NCBI GenBank assembly: GCA_044229975.1
Contig: JBGARZ010000005.1
Span: 288,001 to 352,000, forward strand
Source of the DNA: Polyangiales bacterium
Lineage (GTDB): Bacteria > Myxococcota_A > Polyangia > Polyangiales > Ga0077539
DNA: 64,000 nt
Direction of reading: 5' to 3'
This document shows, piece by piece, positions 31,007-40,195 of the stretch. How positions within the stretch are numbered: the first letter of the stretch is position 1; each line of letters begins with the position of its first letter. Below the pieces are notes generated by a model. That model was not told the origin of the DNA and made no database searches. It saw only the letters and a list, made by a program, of their open reading frames with translations. The position numbers were made by a program, and so were the translations under genes.

Positions 31007-31075
31007 GCCCGCCGAACGCCCGATGAGGGGTGTTCTCGCCCGGCGACGGGCGATGGCCCCGCTTTCTGGGCGGGC
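31007..31075 (+). ncRNA. Candidate structured 5' leader (possible S4 autoregulatory r-leader)
   Basis: P1 GCCCGCC/GGCGGGC encloses P2 GAACGCCC/GGGTGTTC and P3 TCGCCCG-GCGA-CGGGCGA (GNRA loop); ends about 20 nt before the rpsD start. Confidence 0.45.
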
Positions 31076-31094
31076 ACACGAAGAGAAGAGACAC

Positions 31095-31706
31095 ATGTCG
31101 AAGTACACCGGACCGCGTCTGAAGAAGATTCGTTCGCTCGGGGCTGAGCTCCCGGGCCTCACGCGCAAGAAGGCCGAGCGTCGGCCCCACCCGCCGGGCC
31201 AGCACGGCCAGGCGCGCAAGAAGTTCTCGGACTACGCCGTGCGTCTGCGCGAGAAGCAGAAGCTCCGCTACAACTACGGCCTCACCGAGAAGCAGCTCCG
31301 CCGCATCATCGTCGAAGCCAAGTCGGGCAAGGGCGTCACGGGCGACCGGATCCTCGAGCTGCTCGAGCGTCGCCTCGACAACGTCGTCTGGCGCGCGGGC
31401 TTCGCGGTCACCATCCCGGCGGCCCGTCAGCTCGTCAACCACGGCCACGTGCTCGTCAACGGCAAGCGCCTCGACATCGCCTCGGCCCGCGTCAATGTCG
31501 GCGACATCATCACCATCGCCGACCGCTACAAGGAAAACACCCACCTCAAGGACGCCGTCGCCGGCAGCGAGACCGCTCGCCCCGCCTGGATCGGCTGGGA
31601 GAGCGACACGCAGCGCGCCACCATCAGCGCCCTGCCCGAGCGCGACTCCGTGCTCCTCCAGGTCGATGTCCAGCTCATCATCGAGTACTACTCGCGCTCG
31701 CTCTGA
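31095..31706 (+). CDS. rpsD: 30S ribosomal protein S4 (stand-alone, cysteine-free type)
   Basis: MSKYTGPR, PPGQHG, SDYAVRLREKQKLR..YGL, LLERRLDNVV, ARQLVNHGH, IIEYYSR. Confidence 0.97.
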   Translation: MSKYTGPRLKKIRSLGAELPGLTRKKAERRPHPPGQHGQARKKFSDYAVRLREKQKLRYNYGLTEKQLRRIIVEAKSGKGVTGDRILELLERRLDNVVWRAGFAVTIPAARQLVNHGHVLVNGKRLDIASARVNVGDIITIADRYKENTHLKDAVAGSETARPAWIGWESDTQRATISALPERDSVLLQVDVQLIIEYYSRSL

Positions 31707-31835
31707 GCGACCCGCCTGACGCCGCGCCCTGACCAGAGCGCGGCACCCTCTCCCCTCCCCACGACACCCCCCGTTGACAAGCGCCCCGCGCGCGGAGTCC
31801 CCTCACGGCTGTCTTCTGCCGCGAGAGGGTGCGCC

Positions 31836-33017
31836 ATGGTCGACCGTCGATGGAGCAAGCTCCACTTCGTTGTGTTCGCGAGCGTGCTCGCGGCGTGCAA
31901 TGGCACTTCGAGCGCCGCCGACTCCGGCCCCCCGCCCGAAGACGTCGCCCCGGTCGACGTCATCGTCGCGAGTGACGTCCCCGCGGCACCCGACGACCTC
32001 GGCGTCGACGCAGGAACTCCCAAAGACGTCCCTCCCCCCGAAGACGTCGCCACCGAGACCGACGTCCCAGCGCCCATCGACGTGGCCCCCCATGGGGACG
32101 TGCCCGCGCTCGTCGATGCGCCCACCGTCGACATCCCCCCTTCGCCGCGCGACCCACCCCCGCTCCGCCCGTACTCGCACGGAACGTGTCCCCGCCTCGT
32201 CGGCGCGCCCACCTCCGATGCGGCCATCAACCGCGGGTTTCGCAGCGGCGGGCAGACGCGCACGTTTCGGCTGATCGTCCCGCGCAACTACGACGGCAGC
32301 TCGGACTGGCCGGTGCTCTTCGCGTGGCACTGGCTCAACGCGTCGAGCGGATCGTTCGTGCGGCAGGGCGAGCTGGAGACCGCCACCGAGCAGATGCGCT
32401 TCATCGCCATCGCGCCTGACGAGCAGCAGCGCGACAACGGCGACAGCCTCTTCCTCTTCGACTGGCCCTTCGCTGAGACCTGGGGCGTCGCCGACGAGCT
32501 CACCTTCTTCGACGACATGCTCACCTGCGTGTCAGAGCAGTTTCGCGTGGACCGTCACCGCGTCCACGGCGTCGGCGTGAGCGCGGGTGGCCTCTGGCTC
32601 ACGTACCTCTCCACCACCGACCGCGCGAACTACTTCGCCTCGGTAGAGGTCATGAGCGGCGGCCTCGGCGACGTGCTCGGCGTCTGGCGCATGGAGTACA
32701 CGCCGCAGCCCAACAAGTTCCCCGCGATGGTGCTGTGGGGCGGGCCCTCGGACTTCCTCGGCGTCAACTTCGACGAGGCGTCACGGCGCTATCGCGACGC
32801 GCTCATCCGCGACAACCACTTCGTCGAGCAGTGCGTCCACAGCTCCGGCCACGCCATGCCGCCGGTCGATCCTCCGGCCGACGGAGGGACGCGCTTCCGG
32901 CCGCTGTGGCAGTTTCTGCTCGATCACCCGTACGGGCTCCCGCCACGGACGTCGCCGTATCAAGATGCCGGGATTCCGCCGGGATCGCCGTCGTGGTGCC
33001 ACGTCGCCACGCGGTAG
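31836..33017 (+). CDS. Esterase lipoprotein (PHB depolymerase/LpqC-like alpha/beta hydrolase)
   Basis: Lipobox LAAC, DVP-rich linker, PVLFAWH, GVSAGG nucleophile, GH near the C-terminus. Confidence 0.8.
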   Translation: MVDRRWSKLHFVVFASVLAACNGTSSAADSGPPPEDVAPVDVIVASDVPAAPDDLGVDAGTPKDVPPPEDVATETDVPAPIDVAPHGDVPALVDAPTVDIPPSPRDPPPLRPYSHGTCPRLVGAPTSDAAINRGFRSGGQTRTFRLIVPRNYDGSSDWPVLFAWHWLNASSGSFVRQGELETATEQMRFIAIAPDEQQRDNGDSLFLFDWPFAETWGVADELTFFDDMLTCVSEQFRVDRHRVHGVGVSAGGLWLTYLSTTDRANYFASVEVMSGGLGDVLGVWRMEYTPQPNKFPAMVLWGGPSDFLGVNFDEASRRYRDALIRDNHFVEQCVHSSGHAMPPVDPPADGGTRFRPLWQFLLDHPYGLPPRTSPYQDAGIPPGSPSWCHVATR

Positions 33018-33022
33018 GCGCC

Positions 33023-33496
33023 TCAGTACGACGAGCCGTCCTTGCGGGTGAAGCGGGCCTTCCCGTCGGCCGCCTTGGCGTAGCGCAAGTCGTCATCGGG
33101 ATAGTCCGCGGTGTCGGCCGGGTCGCGGTTGCTGATCTCCAGATACCGCGCGGGCCGCTCGCTGCGGTTGACGAGCTGATGCCCGTTGCCTGAGCCCGCG
33201 GGGAAGCCCGCGCACATGCCCGCGGTGAGGAGCTGCTCGCCCTCGTCGGTTCGCAGCACCACCTCGCCTTCGAGCACGAACACGAGCTCGTCCTCGTGCG
33301 TGTGGCAGTGCCGCATCGACGACTCCCGTCCGGGGAAGAGCGTCGTGAGGTTGGTGCCGATCTTCGTGAGACCGAGGGCGTCGCCGAGCGCCCGCTTCTC
33401 GCGCGGCAGCACCCGTTGACGAAAGACCTCGGGGTAGCCGGACGTGTTGCGCGCAGCGATGGTCGACGGATCGAGGGCGGGGCGTCGTAGCGTCAT
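33023..33496 (-). CDS. Cupin domain protein
   Basis: LGDALGLT, SSMRHCHTHEDE, GFPAG.GNGHQLVN, YPDDDL. Confidence 0.9.
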   Translation of the reverse strand: MTLRRPALDPSTIAARNTSGYPEVFRQRVLPREKRALGDALGLTKIGTNLTTLFPGRESSMRHCHTHEDELVFVLEGEVVLRTDEGEQLLTAGMCAGFPAGSGNGHQLVNRSERPARYLEISNRDPADTADYPDDDLRYAKAADGKARFTRKDGSSY

Positions 33497-33505
33497 GGTC
33501 TTTCC

Positions 33506-34159
33506 TCAGGGTTGCGGGCGCGCGGCGTCGTAGCGGTACGCGGTGCGCTGGGCCGACGAGCGGGTCGCAAACGCCGCGCTGAATCGCCGCAGGTTCGGAT
33601 GCGAGTCGTTGGGCACCGTGCGGCGAAAATCGAGGTGCTCCATGAGACAGAACACCGTCACCTCCAGCAGCGCGAGGTCGCGCTCGCGAGGCAGCGCATC
33701 GAGCGCGTCGGACAGGTTGGCGTCGAGCCACGCGAGGGCGCCATCAAGGCCGGTGCGGGTCTTCACCAGGTAGGCGTTGTCGGGCGGCAGCTTGCCGAGG
33801 CCCGCGCCGAGGATGAGCTGCACCTGCGCCGACATCGCGAGCCACGTCAGCTCCTGGGCGTTGCGGGCGACGTCCGTCGTGAGGTGCTCGGGCCAGACGA
33901 CCCGCGGGTCACTGCCGCGGCCGGCGATCTCCGCGAGCTTGCGGCAGACGTTTTCGGCGCCAAAGACCACCGACGAACCGACGCGCAGGGAAGGGATCTT
34001 CCGCGCCGGGTGTCCGCCGTACACCGCGGCGTCGAGGCTCGTGAGGTCACCCACGACCACCAGCTCGAAGGGCACGCCGAGCTCGTGCGCGAAGATCGCG
34101 GCCACGCGCGTGAAGTGCGAGCTGCTCCGCCCGACGAGCTCCACCACGGCGCTACTCAT
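33506..34159 (-). CDS. Glutathione S-transferase family protein
   Basis: GRSSSHFTRV, HPARKIPSL, C-terminal HPNL..F helices. Confidence 0.85.
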   Translation of the reverse strand: MSSAVVELVGRSSSHFTRVAAIFAHELGVPFELVVVGDLTSLDAAVYGGHPARKIPSLRVGSSVVFGAENVCRKLAEIAGRGSDPRVVWPEHLTTDVARNAQELTWLAMSAQVQLILGAGLGKLPPDNAYLVKTRTGLDGALAWLDANLSDALDALPRERDLALLEVTVFCLMEHLDFRRTVPNDSHPNLRRFSAAFATRSSAQRTAYRYDAARPQP

Positions 34160-35004
34160 CGGCGCCCTCCCCCGACCGGGTCGCGCTTCAGGGAGTGGGT
34201 GAAGAAGGCCAGGATCTCATCCCGCGCGGCGAGGGTGGGCTCCCCCGCGGCGTCGATGAGGTGCGCCGTCACGACGCTGTGCGGACAGCCGACGACCTGC
34301 TCGAAGAACGGCGGCGGCGTCGCGCTCGCGGCCGACGACGGCAGCACCCTCGGCCGGAAGCGCGGACCCAGCGCGGCGGCGTAGGCGTCGAAGCGCTGCG
34401 CCGTGCAGTGGCGATCGCCCTCGAAGCGGTACGCGAGCACCGTGAGGTCTTCGCGCTCGATGCGCTCCTTCACGGCAGCGAGCTCGGCGGGCGCGATCTG
34501 CACCGCCGCCGCGTCGTTGAGCGGCAGCGACGGCTGACAGAGGACGGAGGCCAGCATCGTGGGTTCGAGCATCATGCTAAGCGCGAAGCCTCCGGTGAAG
34601 CACATGCCGATGGCCCCGACGCCGACGCCGCCGCACTCCTCGTGGGCGAGGCGGGCGAGCGCGCGTAGCCATTGCGTCACCGGGGCCGACTCGTTGGCCG
34701 CGAGGGCGCGAAACTCCGCGCTCACGCAGGCGCGCTTGAGCACGGCGAGACCGGCCTCCGCCTCGGGGTACGCGCCGTCGCGCCCGAAGAGCGACGGCAG
34801 ATAGACGGTGAAGCCCGCGTCGCGAACCCACCGCGCAAAGCGCGCGACGTGGGGGCTGATGCCGGGCATCTCGGCCATCACGACGACGGCGGGCCCGACG
34901 CCCGCGACGTAGACGGTGCGGGTGGTTGCGTCGAGGGTGACGGCGCGGCGCGCGAAGTCGCTGAGCGGGTCGTCGGCGGTCGACGCTGGGGTCGGTGGGT
35001 TCAT
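34156..35004 (-). CDS. Dienelactone hydrolase family protein
   Basis: EMPGI, GMCFTG nucleophile, HSVVT; ATG at 35004; ATGA coupling to the GST. Confidence 0.9.
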   Translation of the reverse strand: MNPPTPASTADDPLSDFARRAVTLDATTRTVYVAGVGPAVVVMAEMPGISPHVARFARWVRDAGFTVYLPSLFGRDGAYPEAEAGLAVLKRACVSAEFRALAANESAPVTQWLRALARLAHEECGGVGVGAIGMCFTGGFALSMMLEPTMLASVLCQPSLPLNDAAAVQIAPAELAAVKERIEREDLTVLAYRFEGDRHCTAQRFDAYAAALGPRFRPRVLPSSAASATPPPFFEQVVGCPHSVVTAHLIDAAGEPTLAARDEILAFFTHSLKRDPVGGGRR

Positions 35005-35040
35005 GGCCCGACGATGCCCGATGGCGGCGTCGGTGGTGAG

Positions 35041-35075
35041 TGGCGAGATGGACAATGTTCGGTCTATTCTTGCCA
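35041..35075. promoter_or_regulatory. Imperfect palindromic operator between the divergent DLH operon and the GlxA-type regulator
   Basis: TGGCGAGATGGAC-N8-GTCTATTCTTGCCA dyad in a relatively AT-rich spacer. Confidence 0.5.
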
Positions 35076-35077
35076 GT

Positions 35078-36064
35078 GTGATCACGCATCTGGTGCTTGA
35101 TGGCGTGGCGGAGGGAGCGCTCGGAGTCGGCATCGACGTGGTGAGTACCGCCGCGCGGCTCGTCGAGGCGGGCCTCGTCCCGGCGGCGCGTCGCGCGAAG
35201 CCGCTGCGGCAGCGCGTGGTGTCCATCGACGGAGCACCGGTGCGATCGGGGACGGGGCGTTCGGTGTCGGTGGACGGAGCGTTTGGTTTGCGAGGCGTGG
35301 GGACTGGGGACGTCGTGGTGGTGCCGGGCTTGTCCGCCGCCACCGAACCGGCCGTCGAGCGCTTGCTGGCCCGGGCGGACGTGGCGCGCGGCGCACAGCT
35401 CCTCGCTCGCGCTTCGGCTCGCGGTGCGATGGTCGCGGCGTCGTGTTCGGCGACCTTCGTGGTCGCGGCGTCGGGGCTGCTCGCTGGGCGCAGCGCGACC
35501 ACGACGTGGTGGCTGGTTCCGGCGTTTGCGCGGCGGTTTCCGGACGTCGCGGTGTGCGTGGAGCGGATGGTGGTCGAGAGCGATGGCGTGCTCACGGCGG
35601 GCTCGGCCTTTGCGCACGCCGACCTGGTGCTGGGGCTCATCGCGCGGGTCGCGAGCCCGTCGCTCGCGCACATGGTGGCGCGCTACCTCGTGCTCGATGA
35701 GCGCGTGTCGCAGGCGCGTTACATGGTGATGGAGCACCTCCGCACCGCCGACCCGGTGCTCCGCGCGGTGGAGCGATTCGCGACCGCCAACGTGGGCCGA
35801 CAGCTCACGCTCGACGAGCTGGCGCGTGCGGGGGGAACCTCACCACGAACGCTCGCCCGCAAGGCGAAGGCCGCGGCGGGAATGACGCCGATGGAGTTCG
35901 TTCAGCGGGTGCGGGTGGCGCACGCGTCGCACCTGCTGGAGACGACGCAGGCGTCGGTGGAGGAGGTCGCGGCGCAGGTGGGCTATGCGGATGCGGCCGC
36001 GTTTCGGAGGGTGTTTCGCCGCTACGCCGGGGAGACACCACGAGGGAGGCGCGCGACCTCCTGA
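35078..36064 (+). CDS. GlxA-family transcriptional regulator (DJ-1/PfpI plus AraC HTH)
   Basis: VVVVPG, ASCSATF, GLL.GRSATT.WW, SPRTLAR, VGYADAAAFRRVF; GTG at 35078 chosen (ATG 35048 possible). Confidence 0.92.
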   Translation: MITHLVLDGVAEGALGVGIDVVSTAARLVEAGLVPAARRAKPLRQRVVSIDGAPVRSGTGRSVSVDGAFGLRGVGTGDVVVVPGLSAATEPAVERLLARADVARGAQLLARASARGAMVAASCSATFVVAASGLLAGRSATTTWWLVPAFARRFPDVAVCVERMVVESDGVLTAGSAFAHADLVLGLIARVASPSLAHMVARYLVLDERVSQARYMVMEHLRTADPVLRAVERFATANVGRQLTLDELARAGGTSPRTLARKAKAAAGMTPMEFVQRVRVAHASHLLETTQASVEEVAAQVGYADAAAFRRVFRRYAGETPRGRRATS

Positions 36065-36080
36065 CGACGATCCACTCGAT

Positions 36081-36156
36081 GTCGTCGCACCTGCTCGCAG
36101 ACCGGGGTTGATCGCGTCTCGCGCCTGCACCCCGGTCTGCAAGCAGACGCGACGAC
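36081..36156. repeat. REP-like inverted repeat with 28-bp arms
   Basis: 36081-36108 versus 36129-36156 with three transition mismatches; inner GGGGT...ACCCC as in the 28.3-kb palindrome. Confidence 0.8.
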
Positions 36157-36220
36157 CTTGAAAGGATGATCCTGACGGCTCGACGTTCAACCGCAGCGCC
36201 GCATAGAGCCTCTCACTCGC

Positions 36221-37645
36221 ATGACGCTCAAGAAGCCCGTGGTGGTGATGGCCGGTGCCTCGGGCTTCGTTGGCAAGGCCCTCGCCCGCGCGCTCTCGCC
36301 CGACCACACCGTCGTCGGTCTTTCCCGCGGCGCTCGCTCGCCCGGTGAGCACGTCGCCGAGTGGCGCGCGTGCGATCTCTTCTCGCTCCTCGACGCCGAG
36401 CGCGCGCTGGCGGGCGCCGACTACGCCGTCTACCTCGTCCACAGCATGATGCCCTCGGCGCGGCTCACGCAGGGCTCCTTCCGCGACTTCGACCTCATCT
36501 GCGCCGACAACTTCGGGCGCGCCGCGAAGCACGCAGGCGTTCGACAGATCGTCTACCTGGGCGGCCTCGTCCCGCCGACGGGCGACCGCTCCGAGCACCT
36601 GGAGAGCCGCATGGAGGTCGAGCGTGCACTCGGCGATCACGGCGTCCCCGTCACCGCCCTGCGGGCGGGCATGGTCATCGGCGCGGGCGGGTCATCGTTT
36701 CAGATGTTGAAGCGCCTGGTGCAGCGCCTGCCGGTGATGCTCTGCCCGAACTGGACCTCCACGCGCATGCAGCCCATCGCCCTCGACGACGTGGTCGCGC
36801 TCCTGCGCTTCGCCCTCGGCCGCGAAGCGTGCTTCGGCGAGGCGTACGACGTGGGCTCTCCCGACGTCCTCAACTACCGCGAGCTGCTCGGGCTCACGGG
36901 CGAGCTCCTCACCGGCAAGCGTCCGACGCTGTATCCGCTGCCGTTCATGACGGTGGGGCTCTCGCGTCTGTGGGTGTCGCTGGTGACGGGCGCCCCGCTC
37001 GACCTCGTGTCGCCGCTCGTCGAGAGCCTCAAGCACGAGATGGTCACCGACGACCAGCGCCTCCAGGCCATGGCCAACCTCCCGGGGATGTCCGTGCGCG
37101 AGGCCCTCCAGCGCGCACTCGACGAAGACGACCACGCGTCGGAGCCCATCGCGTTTCAGCGCCCGCCCGCGCGCACCGAGCGGCGCGTGCGATCGGTGCA
37201 GCGCATGGGCGTGCCGCCGGGCCACGACGCGCTCTGGGCCGCCGAGGAGTACGTGCGCTGGCTGCCGACCTACTTCCGCGGATTGCTCCGCGTCACCGTC
37301 GACGACCAGCGCACCTGCCGCTTCGCGCTCGCGCCCATCGGAACGCTCCTGGAGCTCACCCTCGCCCCGGCGCGCTCGCACCCCGATCGGCAGCTCTTCT
37401 ACGTGACCGGCGGCCTGCTCGCGCGCTCCGCCAAGCGAGCCCGCTTCGAGCTGCGGCAGATGCTCGACGGATCGGTGCTGCTCGCCGGCATCCATGACTT
37501 CGAGCCGCGGCTGCCGTGGCCCATCTACGTCGCGACGCAGGGGCCCTTCCATGCGTGGGTGATGCGCGCCTTCGGTCGACACCTCGCGAAGGGAGCGTTC
37601 GCGGAGCGACGCTCGGGGTGGGAGGAGACGCCGACCGTTCTGTGA
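36221..37645 (+). CDS. NAD(P)H-binding atypical SDR (YbjT-like) with a C-terminal domain
   Basis: GASGFVG, YLVHSM, IVYLGGL, SEHLESR.EVE, IGAGGSSF, QPIALDDV. Confidence 0.88.
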   Translation: MTLKKPVVVMAGASGFVGKALARALSPDHTVVGLSRGARSPGEHVAEWRACDLFSLLDAERALAGADYAVYLVHSMMPSARLTQGSFRDFDLICADNFGRAAKHAGVRQIVYLGGLVPPTGDRSEHLESRMEVERALGDHGVPVTALRAGMVIGAGGSSFQMLKRLVQRLPVMLCPNWTSTRMQPIALDDVVALLRFALGREACFGEAYDVGSPDVLNYRELLGLTGELLTGKRPTLYPLPFMTVGLSRLWVSLVTGAPLDLVSPLVESLKHEMVTDDQRLQAMANLPGMSVREALQRALDEDDHASEPIAFQRPPARTERRVRSVQRMGVPPGHDALWAAEEYVRWLPTYFRGLLRVTVDDQRTCRFALAPIGTLLELTLAPARSHPDRQLFYVTGGLLARSAKRARFELRQMLDGSVLLAGIHDFEPRLPWPIYVATQGPFHAWVMRAFGRHLAKGAFAERRSGWEETPTVL

Positions 37646-37652
37646 CCGGCGC

Positions 37653-38303
37653 CTATTCGTCCTCGGGGTTGTCCCGGGTGGCCTTCCAGATTCGGAGGTA
37701 TTCGTCGCGAACCAAGGGGTCGAGGTCGTCGCCGAGCTCGGCGGGAAGATCAACGTGCTTGATGACCTCCTGCACGTCAGCGAGGTCTTTCATGCGGCCC
37801 GGGTTGCTCATGCCCGAGGCCAGCTTCAACTCGACGAGGTCGCGTAGCGGCAAGACCATCACGGCCCCATTGCGGCGAGCTACCGAGGGGTCGGGGAAGG
37901 CGACAGCCTTGGGCTTCCCATCGCCGGGGAAGTCCCCCGTGAGGATCACGTCGATCTTCACGCCGTACTCGGTGTCCCGCATGCCCTTCGAGCCCGGGAA
38001 GTTCTCCACCCAACCGAGGCCAAGATGCCGGGCCTTGAACGACGCGAGCCCCTCCCGCGTGAGCAGGAGATCGACGACCGTCGTCACCCGCCGATAGCCG
38101 TGCGCGTTGAGCGCCATCGCCCCAGCGACCGCGTAGGGAATCCCGTCGGCTTCCAGCGCCGCGCACACCTTGTTCAGCGCCTTCTGCACTTCGCTGACGC
38201 CCAAGAAGAACTCCTCCGAGAACGCGACGCCCTCACGAAAACTTCGGACCTGCCGGGGCGTGAACCCGACCTGCTCGTGCGCACTCTTCACGAGTCGCAC
38301 CAT
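37653..38303 (-). CDS. Nucleotidyltransferase-fold protein (Pol-beta superfamily)
   Basis: IPYAVAGAMAL.AHGYRR.T.xVDLL, IDV, LVELKLASG, R.KDLADV. Confidence 0.8.
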   Translation of the reverse strand: MVRLVKSAHEQVGFTPRQVRSFREGVAFSEEFFLGVSEVQKALNKVCAALEADGIPYAVAGAMALNAHGYRRVTTVVDLLLTREGLASFKARHLGLGWVENFPGSKGMRDTEYGVKIDVILTGDFPGDGKPKAVAFPDPSVARRNGAVMVLPLRDLVELKLASGMSNPGRMKDLADVQEVIKHVDLPAELGDDLDPLVRDEYLRIWKATRDNPEDE

Positions 38304-38359
38304 AGCGCCCTGTCGAGACGCTCGGGGACAGATGGCTCGGGCCGCGTGGCTCTCTTCGC

Positions 38360-40111
38360 TCAGTGACCGGGCACGCGGACGGGACCACCGCGCACGCCGA
38401 GGGACTGGTGGTCGTAGTGGACGTAGACGCGCGTCCCGGGGTTGCTGGGCGTCGCGTACACGCCGCCCCAGCCGGCCGGCACATGGGGCCCCGTCCACTC
38501 GTAGAACCAGCGCGCGTCGGGCGGGCTCAGGTTGACGCAGCCGTGCGAGTGCGTCGCCCCGAAGCCGCCGTGCCAGAACGCTCCATGCAGCGCAAACGAC
38601 CCGTCGAAGTACATCACCCAGGGGACGTCCTCGATGCTGTACGGGCCGCCGCTGCTGTTGCCGTCCATGGTCGTCGCGACGTGCTTCGACAGGATGCGGA
38701 AGGCCCCTTGGACGGTCTCGTAGTTCTCGTCGGGGTTGGTGCGGTCGCGGCGACCGGAGCTCACCAGGGTGACGTACACCGCGCGCGTCCCCTCGTAGGC
38801 CACGGCGATCTGGCGGTCGAGGTTCACGTCGATCCAGCGCTCGTCGGGCGCGAGGTCGGACGGCGGGGCGTGCGGCGCCGCGATGCGCACCTGCCGCGCG
38901 CGGACGAAGCCGCCGTCGGTGGTGTGGTGATACGTCTCGCCCGCGATGGTCACCGGCGGATCGCTCGTGAGCGCCACGATGGAGCGCCAACCGAGCCGCG
39001 CGCGCTGCACCATGGTGCGACCGTTGAGGCGATAGGTCGCGGCGCCGGGGCCCATCGCGAAGGCCACGGGCAGCGGGTGCTCGGCGTCGAGGGCGGCGCC
39101 CTGGAAGGAGTTGGTGCCCGCGAGCACGTTGAGCGCGCCCGCGCGGACGTAGCCGCCGGACTGCGTGTGCCAGAAGGAGGTTCCGTTGGCGGAGCGCTCT
39201 TCGCGACGGAGCGAGACGTACATGCCCGCGAGGGCGCGTCGCTGCATCACGGAGCCGGGCGGGCCGACGAGGTCCTCGATGCGCACCGGACCTGGGACGG
39301 TGGGCTGCGACGCGATGCGAAGTGCCTCGACCGCGCGCTCATCTTCGCCAGTGGGCAACCGACGGAAGATGGGCGCGTTGCGTTCGGCGCGCGCGTAGGT
39401 GAAGGGCATCGGCGACGCGAGGTCGGGCGGCGCGGGGAGCCGCGAGGTGATGGCCTCGTCGGTGAGGCTGGCCGTGAGCGTCGCGAGCGCGCCGACGCAG
39501 ACGTATCCGCCGCCGTCGACCTCGTACCAGCCGCGCCCCGGAGCGTTGCGCCGCGCGGGGCAGCCGTCGTTGCCCACGGGACCGCGCACCACGGCGATGC
39601 GAGCGCCCGCGCGGAGGTAGCCGACCCACACGCCGGTGCGCCGCGGAACATCGACGACCCCCGTGCGCCAGCCGAGCGCGGTGATGGTCGGTCGCGTGTC
39701 GACGACGCCCGCGTCGGCCTCGACGGCGGCATCGTCCAGCGAAGCATCGGCGAGCGAAGCATCGGCGAGCGAAGCATCGGCGAGCGAAGCGTCGTCGGGC
39801 GAGGCGTCCGCGGCGTCATCGACGACGGCGTCGGGGAGGTCGGCGTCGGCCGCGCCCGCATCGAGCGGGCCCGCGTCGGGCTCGGGTTCGAGGGCTGATC
39901 CGCCGGCGTCGTCGTCGACCTGCGGCGGGCGGCTCGGGTCTTCCACGGGCGGCAACCGCAGCGGCTCGGCGACGGTCACCGCGGCCGCGTCGACTGGGGC
40001 GGTAGCGTTGCTCCAGAGCTCGTCGAGGCTCGCGCATCCGAGCGGCGACGCGAGCGCGAAGACGAAGGCAGCGTGGACGAGCGCGGAGCGGCCGCGAGCG
40101 GTGGGGCGCAT
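38360..40111 (-). CDS. L,D-transpeptidase (YkuD domain) lipoprotein
   Basis: Lipobox PLGC, WIDVNL..Q, VSSG, VPWVMYF, ALHGAFWH..FG...SHGCVNL. Confidence 0.92.
   Translation of the reverse strand: MRPTARGRSALVHAAFVFALASPLGCASLDELWSNATAPVDAAAVTVAEPLRLPPVEDPSRPPQVDDDAGGSALEPEPDAGPLDAGAADADLPDAVVDDAADASPDDASLADASLADASLADASLDDAAVEADAGVVDTRPTITALGWRTGVVDVPRRTGVWVGYLRAGARIAVVRGPVGNDGCPARRNAPGRGWYEVDGGGYVCVGALATLTASLTDEAITSRLPAPPDLASPMPFTYARAERNAPIFRRLPTGEDERAVEALRIASQPTVPGPVRIEDLVGPPGSVMQRRALAGMYVSLRREERSANGTSFWHTQSGGYVRAGALNVLAGTNSFQGAALDAEHPLPVAFAMGPGAATYRLNGRTMVQRARLGWRSIVALTSDPPVTIAGETYHHTTDGGFVRARQVRIAAPHAPPSDLAPDERWIDVNLDRQIAVAYEGTRAVYVTLVSSGRRDRTNPDENYETVQGAFRILSKHVATTMDGNSSGGPYSIEDVPWVMYFDGSFALHGAFWHGGFGATHSHGCVNLSPPDARWFYEWTGPHVPAGWGGVYATPSNPGTRVYVHYDHQSLGVRGGPVRVPGH
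39738..39790. repeat. 15-bp tandem repeat, 3.5 copies (encodes DASLA)
   Basis: AGCGAAGCATCGGCG x3 plus a partial copy in the linker of the L,D-transpeptidase. Confidence 0.9.
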
Positions 40112-40195
40112 GACGACTCCGGTGGAAGGGACTCATCGCGCGCTAGCACGCCGGGGGCGGTGGTCGTCCAGTTACGGGCAGACGGGCGGGGCCCC

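Noticed and set aside
31721..31747. Intrinsic terminator after rpsD
   Set aside because: A GCCGCGC/GCGCGGC hairpin is present but has no U-tract, so it is not supported well enough to call
33023..36064. GlxA regulator with DLH-GST-cupin genes as a novel system
   Set aside because: A common arrangement of detoxification-type genes; nothing unusual beyond the operator dyad
39738..39790. Short direct repeats as a CRISPR array
   Set aside because: Contiguous 15-bp in-frame coding repeats, no spacers, no cas genes
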